Positions 39,272 to 47,430 of a stretch of DNA of 64,000 nt are shown in pieces. Position 1 is the first letter of the stretch. Each line of letters opens with the position of its first letter. Below the pieces are notes generated by a model. It was not told the origin of the DNA. It saw only the letters and a program-made list of their open reading frames with translations, and did no database searches. Location: contig DKLZ01000075.1 of the NCBI GenBank assembly GCA_002455955.1, forward strand, positions 9,837 through 73,836. The letters are read 5' to 3'. The position numbers and the translations under genes were made by a program. This stretch comes from Dehalococcoidia bacterium UBA6627. GTDB taxonomy: Bacteria > Chloroflexota > Dehalococcoidia > UBA2979.

Positions 39272-39299
39272 ATGATCATTAGTAGATACTAATGATCAT
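39272..39299. promoter_or_regulatory. Perfect 28-bp AT-rich palindrome (13-bp arms, 2-bp spacer), operator-like
   Basis: ATGATCATTAGTA-GA-TACTAATGATCAT read directly. Lies 87 nt upstream of the Yip1-like ATG. Confidence 0.5.
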
Positions 39300-39383
39300 T
39301 TAGCAGAAATCCGCTACTATCTCCCTTGTCGGTCGGGCAGCCGGCACTGTTTGAAGTCCTTGGCGGGTATCTCGGAGGCCATA

Positions 39384-39464
39384 CGATGGCTGTTCTGACC
39401 GTCCGCCGAATCCGCAGACTCGGCTTATTGGATTTTTCGGTTTTCGATGAGGTCGGAACCGATC
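39384..39464 (+). repeat. Inverted repeat copy A (81 nt), includes the ATG and first 26 codons of the Yip1-like gene
   Basis: Hand alignment with the reverse complement of 42274-42353: first 54 nt identical, then one T5/T4 indel and two substitutions. Confidence 0.9.
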
Positions 39465-40009
39465 CACGTGCCACCGTTCCATCATTGATGATCGCAAGTG
39501 GATCAATGATGATGCTGAGCGTCGGTGGTTGGCTTTGGTGGATAACAAGCGGCCTAGGTGACAGTAGCGCGGTTCTACTGAAAAGCGTTGTCATTGGATC
39601 GCTTTTCTCTATTGCGCTTTGGCTAGCGTGGCTAGTCGTCGTTTACGTGATCCTGCAGCGTGTCACACAATCCGATGTCAACGTCGAGCGCCTTGTACGC
39701 GCTGCAGGCATGGCGACCACACCTCTCATCATTGGCCTATTGATGGTTATCCCAAGCATCTCTTTCGGGATAGGCATTGTCGCAATCGGCACATGGGTAA
39801 TAACAACGCATGCGGCCATAGAACGCGCTACCGGAATAAGCGGTCGACCAGTCGTGATCGCAAACGGAGCCGGTTTTGCAGTCTGGGCCCTCGCCATGTC
39901 GGTACTCGCTACCAGCACCAACCAGATCGCGCCAGGTCCATTCCTAGCAGAATCAATCTGGGAAGCAGTAACCACCTACGACTACGCGCAAATCGTAATC
40001 AATTCCTAA
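39386..40009 (+). CDS. Yip1-domain-like integral membrane protein
   Basis: Start at MAVLTVRR is preceded by GGAGG. About 5 TM segments. N-terminal LLDFSVFDEVGTDP pattern resembles bacterial YIP1-family proteins (tentative). Confidence 0.5.
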   Translation: MAVLTVRRIRRLGLLDFSVFDEVGTDPRATVPSLMIASGSMMMLSVGGWLWWITSGLGDSSAVLLKSVVIGSLFSIALWLAWLVVVYVILQRVTQSDVNVERLVRAAGMATTPLIIGLLMVIPSISFGIGIVAIGTWVITTHAAIERATGISGRPVVIANGAGFAVWALAMSVLATSTNQIAPGPFLAESIWEAVTTYDYAQIVINS

Positions 40010-40024
40010 CTGCCAACTAGCCGA

Positions 40025-40064
40025 CCTCGGTTCCAGCGTTATCTCCCCAGCGCTGGAACCGAGG
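40025..40064 (+). terminator. Perfect 14-bp stem hairpin downstream of the Yip1-like gene (no U-tract)
   Basis: CCTCGGTTCCAGCG-12 nt loop-CGCTGGAACCGAGG, 15 nt after the stop codon. Confidence 0.4.
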
Positions 40065-40237
40065 CAACACACTTCCTGGATATCAACTCGCACTTGACCG
40101 TCTCGCTTCTGGAACCGAACTCCTCACCGGCCCCAGAAGCATCTGGATCATGGATATCTGTCAATGAGGCAAATGAAGAGTAACGAGTGCTATGCGCTAG
40201 ACCGGTCACAGAAACGCTGTCTACACTCAAACTTCGC

Positions 40238-40313
40238 GGGCCTGTAGCTCAGCTGGGAGAGCGCCACACTGGCAGTGTGGAGGTCAGGGGTTCGAGCCCC
40301 CTCAGGTCCACCA
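40238..40313 (+). tRNA. tRNA-Ala (anticodon GGC), CCA encoded
   Basis: Manual cloverleaf: acceptor GGGCCTG/CAGGTCC with G3:U70, anticodon arm CCACA-CTGGCAG-TGTGG, T arm AGGGG-TTCGAGC-CCCCT. Confidence 0.9.
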
Positions 40314-40380
40314 CTCAAAACCTTCTGTTCCGCTAGTGCCAAAGTTGAACACCCTCAGCAGGGCTATGTTGTCCTCTGGG

Positions 40381-41241
40381 TTAGGATCGGGCACCTGTCC
40401 CAAAATCATCACAGGTGTGAAACGATGGTGACCACTCTGCGAGGCGCTTTGCCATCGCCTGAATCGCAGCCTCATTGTTATCGACTAGGATACAGTTACG
40501 TTCATTCAACGCTGCCGCCTCCCCTGTCGTACCGGATCCAGCGAAGAAGTCGGCAACGATATCCCCAGGGTTAGAGTGCACACGCACAATCTGGTTCAAA
40601 ATCTGAATCGGCTTTTGAGTCGGATACCCAGTTCGTTCCTTACTGTTCGTCGGAACGATTGTCTGCCACCACACGTCGGTGGGGGTCTTGCCTCGCAGCG
40701 CCTTCTCTTTAGTTACAAGATCAGGGGCCATGTAAGGAATGCGATCGATGTCATCGTAACGAAACGTGTACCGATCGGGATCCTTCGTGTACCAAAGAAT
40801 CGTGTCATGCTTTGCTGGCCACCGGCGCTTCGAACGACCACCAAAATCATATGACCAGATGATCTCGTTTTTGAAGCAATCCCGTCCAAACAGGTGGTCA
40901 AGAAGAACTTTTGCGTAATGTGATTCATGCTGGTCAAGATGGAGAAGGAGCGAACCATCTGCAGTTAGAACACGTCGGAACTCGACTAACCGTGGCTCAA
41001 GAAAACCTATGAAATCATCGAATACGTCATCGAAAGATGTGGACCCAAGTTTCTCGGTACGGTAGCTACTCCCCCCGAAACCTACGCGATCCCCATCTTG
41101 ATCGCGCACAGTCCTGAGTGTAGTCAGATTCTGCTGCCGACCGGTATTGAAGGGTGGATCGACATAAATTAGATTGATAGAACCTGATTCGAATGTCTGG
41201 ATGACTTCGAGGTTGTCTCCGAAGTGAATATCGATCGTCAT
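40381..41241 (-). CDS. Beta-class DNA methyltransferase (N6-adenine/N4-cytosine family, PF01555-like), orphan
   Basis: Motif IV IYVDPPFNTG lies N-terminal to motif I DFFAGSGTTGEAA. No adjacent endonuclease candidate. Confidence 0.85.
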   Translation of the reverse strand: MTIDIHFGDNLEVIQTFESGSINLIYVDPPFNTGRQQNLTTLRTVRDQDGDRVGFGGSSYRTEKLGSTSFDDVFDDFIGFLEPRLVEFRRVLTADGSLLLHLDQHESHYAKVLLDHLFGRDCFKNEIIWSYDFGGRSKRRWPAKHDTILWYTKDPDRYTFRYDDIDRIPYMAPDLVTKEKALRGKTPTDVWWQTIVPTNSKERTGYPTQKPIQILNQIVRVHSNPGDIVADFFAGSGTTGEAAALNERNCILVDNNEAAIQAMAKRLAEWSPSFHTCDDFGTGARS

Positions 41242-41480
41242 TGGACCTCTGATAGTGCAGTTTACGGAGTGCAGCGTCTAAGTAGTTGGGGAACGGTGGT
41301 CATTCAGCAACTATGTGGCCTCACCCCGAAAGTGGCGAACCATAACTGAGCGTGTCACGGATCGTACCGCGCTGTCTTCTAGGCGACGTTCAAATGGCTC
41401 ACTACATTCAAAATGGTGTAGACCTTTCAGGATCTACGAGTAGAATCTTGCTTACTTATTCCATATATCCGAGGAGCAAT

Positions 41481-41783
41481 ATGTCCCAGTACATGGTAGT
41501 GCACGCCCTAAAGATCGATGCAGAAGCATTCGCCGAGGTGATGCAGTCAGATGACATGGGCGAATTCGCAAAAGCTATGGCTACCGGCCAAACGCCGGCT
41601 AAGTGCGTAAAAAGTTGGAACCCGATTCCACATGGCAACACAGACACTTTCATATGCCTGTGGGAAGCTGACAACTCAGACGACATCACAGCTACTCTGG
41701 GCGAAGAAATGCTAGCTATGCTGACATGCGAGCCTATGCAAGTAGACGAAATTGACTGGGCTGAGGTGGCAGCGGCTTCGTAA
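41481..41783 (+). CDS. Small (100 aa) alpha+beta protein, DUF3303/DUF4242-like (tentative)
   Basis: GAGGAG lies 5 nt upstream of the ATG. Pattern YMVVHAL...KCVKSWNPI...TFICLWEADNSDDI...CEPMQV. Confidence 0.5.
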   Translation: MSQYMVVHALKIDAEAFAEVMQSDDMGEFAKAMATGQTPAKCVKSWNPIPHGNTDTFICLWEADNSDDITATLGEEMLAMLTCEPMQVDEIDWAEVAAAS

Positions 41784-41855
41784 AATGAACTCGCGTGTTG
41801 AAGTGCGGCGCTGACCAGACCTGGAAGTCATAGAACGATAAGTAGGCGTATAAGC

Positions 41856-42275
41856 ATGGCTATAAAAGATTTTCTTTCAGACATTCGCAACGCGGCACTT
41901 GCTAACGTAGTGATTGTTGTCTTTCACATCTGGATCGCTATCGAGATCGAAGGACTAGATTTCCTCGTCATTGTCCTTCCAGTTGGCGCTCTGATTGCTG
42001 CGGCATATTTCATCAAGGGCAAGATGGGAGCCGCTTTACTTGCTATTCCAACACTAGGTTATCTACTTATTGCACCAGAGCTAATTGAGGGAATAATCAC
42101 TGGGGAATTGGGGCCGGATGACGAAGATGTCGATATTGGATGGGGCCTAGACCGGTACCTACTCGCCCCGTTCTGGTTATTCACTACTCTGCTAAACATC
42201 ATGTCGATCATTGCTGAGGTACGAGGAACTAGCAAATACTCACAGCAGAGCAGTGCAAATTCATCAGAGAGTTGA
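41856..42275 (+). CDS. Hypothetical small membrane protein (139 aa, 3-4 TM)
   Basis: Hydrophobic segments. Lower GC than surroundings. The stop codon abuts repeat copy B. Confidence 0.5.
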   Translation: MAIKDFLSDIRNAALANVVIVVFHIWIAIEIEGLDFLVIVLPVGALIAAAYFIKGKMGAALLAIPTLGYLLIAPELIEGIITGELGPDDEDVDIGWGLDRYLLAPFWLFTTLLNIMSIIAEVRGTSKYSQQSSANSSES

Positions 42276-42353
42276 TCTGTTCCGAGCTCATCGAAAACCG
42301 AAAATCCAATAAGCCGAGTCTGCGGATTCGGCGGACGGTCAGAACAGCCATCG
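42274..42353 (-). repeat. Inverted repeat copy B (80 nt), frameshifted copy of the Yip1-like gene start
   Basis: Its reverse complement matches 39384-39464 at 78 of 81 aligned positions. It lacks the SD present upstream of copy A. Confidence 0.9.
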
Positions 42354-42621
42354 CTGAAGAAGTTATCGACGAGCACTAGCACTTACTGGAATATCCGTGT
42401 GTCAGTTCGGAGTTGGATCCGAATTAAGATCGCCGCCAAACACCCAACGAACCTGAGCGCCTGAACCCAGTCTTAACTGCCAATGGAGCGGCAACATCGC
42501 GGGCAACTTTCGTCACTTTGCCTAGAACTGTTTTTGATTCGTCGGACATCCGCTCTTCAAGCATCAGACCTCTAATCTTTGAGGCGCAGACGCTTGGCAA
42601 CCTGTTAGGGCGCACCAACAT

Positions 42622-42654
42622 GTGATCTGGATCGCCTGTACCAATCCAGATCAC
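42622..42654 (-). terminator. Perfect 11-bp stem hairpin downstream of the lipoprotein gene (no U-tract)
   Basis: GTGATCTGGAT-11 nt loop-ATCCAGATCAC, 65 nt downstream of the minus-strand stop at 42719. Confidence 0.3.
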
Positions 42655-42718
42655 GGTCGAAATTCAGCTCCATAGCTGAAAACTCTCTATGTCTCGATAA
42701 GTGCCAGAAAACACGAAA

Positions 42719-43096
42719 CTACCGACATATGTCTCCTTGGATCGTAAATCCTTGAAGCACATCCTCGGTGTTCAGGCGGAGAATACCAGTAGAAGCTTTC
42801 ACGGCCCCGGCAGGCATGATACGACCCTCCGGCCCAGTCCAATTAATTACCCAGCTCTTTGTGGTGGACGCGGCATACTCTCCGGAAAGACTGCCTTCTA
42901 CCTTTAAGCCATTGGCACAAGTCTCTTGGATAAAGATATCGATCGCCTCTTGCTCACTCATATCCGGTGCCGGGTGAGTGAAAAACGCATTAGGAGTTGG
43001 TTCAGCAGGTGTTTCTTCACCGGAACAGGCAATACTAGAAACGAGTGTTAATCCCAGCATTAATACAAAAGCTCTCCACAAATTTTTCCCTACCAC
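42719..43096 (-). CDS. Hypothetical lipoprotein
   Basis: Lipobox-like LVSSIAC after a K/R-containing n-region if GTG 43096 is used. The track ORF extends to 43177. Start uncertain. Confidence 0.45.
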   Translation of the reverse strand: MVGKNLWRAFVLMLGLTLVSSIACSGEETPAEPTPNAFFTHPAPDMSEQEAIDIFIQETCANGLKVEGSLSGEYAASTTKSWVINWTGPEGRIMPAGAVKASTGILRLNTEDVLQGFTIQGDICR

Positions 43097-43389
43097 GTTA
43101 TCCGATCGAATATCAAAAATGGCTGCTAAGGGAAATGTCATTAGGCACCTCTCGTCAAAATTTTGAAAAGTTAACAATAACCAGAGGTGATTCTATTCGA
43201 AGTGCCCTGACTCTGTGCAATACATCTCCCCAAAATCTTAACCACCCGCGAGCAGATTTTCATTCTCAGATCCGGACACACGTAATATTTTGGATTGCTC
43301 GCTAGTCAGCGGACGTGCACGATTGATCAAAAGAAGCACCTCTAGACAACTAGCAAATCACGACCAGTCCGTGCACTAGGAGACGTGTT

Positions 43390-44277
43390 ATGAAAATAGC
43401 AATCACTGGCAGCTCTGGAATGATTGGTTCCGCGCTATGTCCACGGCTTGAGACGGCCGGGCACCAAATTATTCGGATCCGTAATCGTCACGTAAAAAAC
43501 CCTAACGGCGAATGGAGTCCGTCCAATCAGTGGATTCGCGATGGTGTACTAGAAGGTGTAGACGTCGTATTACATCTCGCCGGTGCTTCGATTGGTGATA
43601 AACGCTGGAGCAACACCTACAAGGAAGAAATGCGCGTGAGCCGCATCGACGGTGCTCGTCTCCTCGTCGAAACTATTCGAAACATGACCAACCGTCCGAA
43701 GGCGTTTATCACTTCGTCAGCAGTTGGATTTTATGGCGACCGTGCAGACGAAAAGCTGAACGAGCAGTCGTCACGCGGTAACGGATTCCTTGCAGACTTA
43801 GTCAACGACTGGGAAACCGAAGCACATGCCGCGGAAGAATTAGGCCTACGCGTAGCTATGGTTCGCAGTGGAGTAGTGTTACGTAGCATGCTGCCCGTAC
43901 TGATCACACCATTCAAATTTGGCTTGGGTGGCAAGCTGGGCAATGGCAAGCAGTACTTTCCATGGATCGGATTGGAAGATCTCGTCCGGATCTACGAGAC
44001 AACCGTGACCGGAGACCTTACCGGACCGATTAATGCTGTTGCACCTCAAGCGGCAACCAACGCCGAATTCACCAAAGCTCTTGGCCGCGTGATAAAGCGA
44101 CCAACATTGTTCCCACTTCCTGGTTTCATGCTGGAGCTAATAATGGGTGGAGAGAAAGCTCAGGAAACTGGGCTCGTGAGCCAGCGCGTGGTACCTCAGC
44201 GCTTAATCGATTCTGATTGGCAATTCACTCACACCACCATAGAGCAAGCTCTCCCTGAGGAACTCGCAGCATTATAA
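43390..44277 (+). CDS. TIGR01777/YfcH-type epimerase-family protein (atypical SDR with C-terminal DUF1731)
   Basis: KIAITGSSGMIGSAL Rossmann motif. Length 295 aa. C-terminal SQRVVPQRL pattern. Confidence 0.8.
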   Translation: MKIAITGSSGMIGSALCPRLETAGHQIIRIRNRHVKNPNGEWSPSNQWIRDGVLEGVDVVLHLAGASIGDKRWSNTYKEEMRVSRIDGARLLVETIRNMTNRPKAFITSSAVGFYGDRADEKLNEQSSRGNGFLADLVNDWETEAHAAEELGLRVAMVRSGVVLRSMLPVLITPFKFGLGGKLGNGKQYFPWIGLEDLVRIYETTVTGDLTGPINAVAPQAATNAEFTKALGRVIKRPTLFPLPGFMLELIMGGEKAQETGLVSQRVVPQRLIDSDWQFTHTTIEQALPEELAAL

Positions 44278-44425
44278 TCTCGAATACTAGGTCTGTTAAC
44301 AGTCTGGCAGTATCGTATTTCACGATATCGCAACCAGCCTTTTAGTCGACTAGCACAGGCGTAATTGTGTTAGTGAATCAGCGCACTGACATTCCTACAT
44401 CTGGAGCATACGAACTCCAGCAAAC

Positions 44426-46354
44426 GTGGACATCGCTATGACACTAACCCATCTCGAGATCTTAAACCAAGAATCATTTGGCGATTCCCAATCCTTTTGT
44501 GATACCGGCGAATATGAACGATTGGATGCAATCGCGCACTATGCTGTGAACCCAATCGATAGCGCTAACGCTGACATCGTCGACCTTGAACGAGCTGAAC
44601 GTGACTCAAACGGACAAGTCTTGTTCAGTGGCGACATCACAATTTTAAGACCGATAGATCCAGATCGAGGTAACCGTGCTGTGCTCCTCGAAGTACCGAA
44701 TCGTGGCAGCCGCCCAACCCTGAAAACTTTCCTATTGGGTGACCCACCAGACTCTTTCAAAGATATTCCAGCAGGGGACGGACTGCTCTTTCGACATGGC
44801 TGGTCGATCGCCTGGTGCGGTTGGCAATGGGACGTCCCGCGTGACAAAGGCAGAATGGGGTTCGAGGCTCCGCTCGTTCCACCGTCCGCACTTGAGAACC
44901 GCACGGATCAAATGCAACTTCGCTTTCAACCGAACGGGTCAGAGGACAAGATACCTCTCACCGACCATCATGTCGGAGCCATCGGAAATCACAATCCCAT
45001 CGTGCCAGACAATGTCGATCAAATAGATGCAATGCTGTTGGTTCGCGACGGCATCTACGGAGAGCCACAAATCATACCTCGCGAGCAATGGGGTTTTACC
45101 CATGAAGGAGCGTCTTTATATTGCAAACTCGGCTTTGACCCGGGACGGATATACGACGTTATCTACCGCCCCGAAAAATGCCAAGTAGTAGGCGCGGGAC
45201 TTCTTGCAGTACGTGACTTCGCAACATTTCTTAAACGTGACGATCCAATAAACCCATTGAGTGGCGCGGTCGAACACGTGATTGGACAAGGCCAAAGCCA
45301 ATGCGGCCGTTTCCTGCGCACGTATCTGAATCTCGGCTTGAATATCGACGAAGAAGGGCAACAAGCCTTCGACGGCGTTTTGATCCATATCGCTGGTGGA
45401 CGTCGAGGCGAATTCAACCACCGTTACGCACAGCCTTCAGTCCAACCCACTCCTAGCTTTGGACACCTGTTTCCATTTGCAGACAGCCCTCAAATCGACC
45501 CTGCAACAGGTAAGTTGGGCGGCCTACTGGATCGCCAAAGAAGCCGTGGCGGCGTCCCTCTCATTTTCCAGACTGATACTTCTTGCGAATACTGGCGATC
45601 AGATGCGAGTCTCGCTCACTCTGACCTCTCAACCGGGAAAGATGTTGAACCTCCTGAAGAAGTTCGTCGCTACCTATTTGCATCAACGCAACACGGTGCG
45701 GGTACAGCTGCTCTTGAAAACACAAGTGCGTTTGGTACTAGTGGTGCCAATCACTTCAACATCATCGATCATCGACCGTTAATGCGTGCGGCTCTGTTTA
45801 ACCTACTGGATTGGGTACGCGGAATGATGCCACCAAAAAGTGTCTTCCCGCGTTGGCGCGACGGTACCGCAGCAACACGCGAAGACATTGTGGCCAAGCT
45901 TGAGGAGATTACAAATCTCGCGCTACCGGATGTGAATGCCTGTCCTCGCATGGTTCCGCTTAACCTAGGATTAGATGCTGAGGATGGTATAGGTTACTTT
46001 CCTGCCTCTGTCGTCGGTGATGCTTATCCATCGTATGTCTCCGAAATCGATGCTGCCGGAAACGAAATTGGCGGTATTCGCCTCCCTGATATCGAAGTCC
46101 CTATTGGCACTCACACTGGCTTCAATCCGCGCCATCTGACAACGGGTGGTGTAGGGCAAATTCTTGATTACTTGGGCTCAACAACTCTCTTCGACCGTTC
46201 AGATACCCTTGAACTCTATCCGTCACGTGAGGCGTATCTCACAGCAGTCCGTGCAGCAGCAGAGCAGCTTAATCGCGATCGTTACCTATTAGCTGAGGAC
46301 ATCGAACTTTGTATCGTTAACGCAAGCAATCGCTACGATTTAGTCTTCAGCTAG
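44426..46354 (+). CDS. Large conserved hypothetical protein, putative alpha/beta-hydrolase-domain protein
   Basis: LLEVPNRGSR, GWSIAWCGWQWD, GQGQSQCGRFLRTYL (Ser-nucleophile-like), GGIRLPDIEVPIGTHTGFNPR. Family name is recalled, not verified. Confidence 0.5.
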   Translation: MDIAMTLTHLEILNQESFGDSQSFCDTGEYERLDAIAHYAVNPIDSANADIVDLERAERDSNGQVLFSGDITILRPIDPDRGNRAVLLEVPNRGSRPTLKTFLLGDPPDSFKDIPAGDGLLFRHGWSIAWCGWQWDVPRDKGRMGFEAPLVPPSALENRTDQMQLRFQPNGSEDKIPLTDHHVGAIGNHNPIVPDNVDQIDAMLLVRDGIYGEPQIIPREQWGFTHEGASLYCKLGFDPGRIYDVIYRPEKCQVVGAGLLAVRDFATFLKRDDPINPLSGAVEHVIGQGQSQCGRFLRTYLNLGLNIDEEGQQAFDGVLIHIAGGRRGEFNHRYAQPSVQPTPSFGHLFPFADSPQIDPATGKLGGLLDRQRSRGGVPLIFQTDTSCEYWRSDASLAHSDLSTGKDVEPPEEVRRYLFASTQHGAGTAALENTSAFGTSGANHFNIIDHRPLMRAALFNLLDWVRGMMPPKSVFPRWRDGTAATREDIVAKLEEITNLALPDVNACPRMVPLNLGLDAEDGIGYFPASVVGDAYPSYVSEIDAAGNEIGGIRLPDIEVPIGTHTGFNPRHLTTGGVGQILDYLGSTTLFDRSDTLELYPSREAYLTAVRAAAEQLNRDRYLLAEDIELCIVNASNRYDLVFS

Positions 46355-46376
46355 CGACAGCTTCGTAGAACCAATT

Positions 46377-47429
46377 TCAATCACTCCTTTGTAAGGATGT
46401 GGATGCGATCCAATCTGCCAATTCGCTAAAGGAATAACCGCATTCTTCCGACAAATAATCACTACCAATCAACTTCCAGAACACTGCCTCAACGTCAGAT
46501 TTCACCATCTCGTCAAGTACTACAACATACTGAGACTCGCTTCTCGTCTCACTAATTCGCCAACCATATCGTTTGAATAATCTTTCCGTTAATAACTTCA
46601 GATAGTCAGATGCCTCAATGAATATCGCGTTACGCGCTTCTTGATCACCGATAAATTGATCTGAGACCTCAATAATGTCGAATCTTCTTTTGAAACTGAT
46701 ATCTTCCGTGTTACCTGACAATATCGTTCGTGGTGACTCGGCTATATCGATACTCCACACCGTATCGCTTATTTTCTCAAAATGATCAACATCGTGAGTT
46801 GCTGAAACGATAGATATGCCACGATCAATTGCAAGTTTCTGTAATATTGATATAAGACTATTCTTTGATTTACTATCCAAATAAATAGTCGGTTCATCTA
46901 ACAACATAATCTGAGGTTCCTGCGCTAATGCTCTAGCAATAACCAACCGCTGCAATTCGCCATCTGACAATGTCTGTATGCTCCTATCCATGAGATAACC
47001 AACATTCACGAAATCAACGGCTGTATCGATTGCCTCCCTATCATGCTTCCGCAGAATTCCATTCCAACCGGTAAACGGATACCTACCCAGACTCACAAAC
47101 TTGTATCCACTCAGCATTATATTTTCTCGTGATACAGCACTCACGGTTGCGATTTGTTTCGCCTTATCTGATGACGTCACACTGTTGAATGCTGCACCAT
47201 TAAGATAAATCTGTCCCGCTAATGGTTTCTGAATTCCACCTAAAGTTCTAACTAATGTCGATTTACCGGAACCGTTATCACCGATTAAAGAGATGATTTC
47301 TCCGCTGTTAATACTGAGATCAATATCGCTGATTAAAGTGCGCCCTCCATTTCCAATAGCGAGTTGCTTCACCTCTAGTACTGTTCTATCGCTTTTGCGG
47401 TCAAAGGATGGTTTAACCATTCTCAACAC
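46377..47429 (-). CDS. ABC transporter ATP-binding protein (FecE/BtuD class) with ~100-aa C-terminal extension
   Basis: Walker A GDNGSGKSTL, signature LSDGELQRLVIARAL, Walker B MLLDEP. Confidence 0.85.
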   Translation of the reverse strand: MLRMVKPSFDRKSDRTVLEVKQLAIGNGGRTLISDIDLSINSGEIISLIGDNGSGKSTLVRTLGGIQKPLAGQIYLNGAAFNSVTSSDKAKQIATVSAVSRENIMLSGYKFVSLGRYPFTGWNGILRKHDREAIDTAVDFVNVGYLMDRSIQTLSDGELQRLVIARALAQEPQIMLLDEPTIYLDSKSKNSLISILQKLAIDRGISIVSATHDVDHFEKISDTVWSIDIAESPRTILSGNTEDISFKRRFDIIEVSDQFIGDQEARNAIFIEASDYLKLLTERLFKRYGWRISETRSESQYVVVLDEMVKSDVEAVFWKLIGSDYLSEECGYSFSELADWIASTSLQRSD

Positions 47430-47430
47430 C

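Noticed and set aside
42059-42382. 107-aa minus-strand ORF containing FSVFDELGTD
   Set aside because: Only the repeat-derived segment is meaningful. The remainder is antisense to the 41856-42275 membrane protein gene and has non-protein-like composition. Treated as repeat copy B, not a gene.
42424-42654. 76-aa minus-strand ORF (or 41-46 aa from internal Mets)
   Set aside because: No motif and no convincing SD. Its 5' end is occupied by the 11-bp hairpin. Insufficient support to call it a gene.
40314-43400. Direct repeat of the tRNA-Ala 3' end (att site) that would delimit an integrated island
   Set aside because: I scanned by eye for GGTTCGAGCCCCCTCAGGTCCACCA-like sequence downstream and found none. 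No integrase is present either. An alignment program should confirm.
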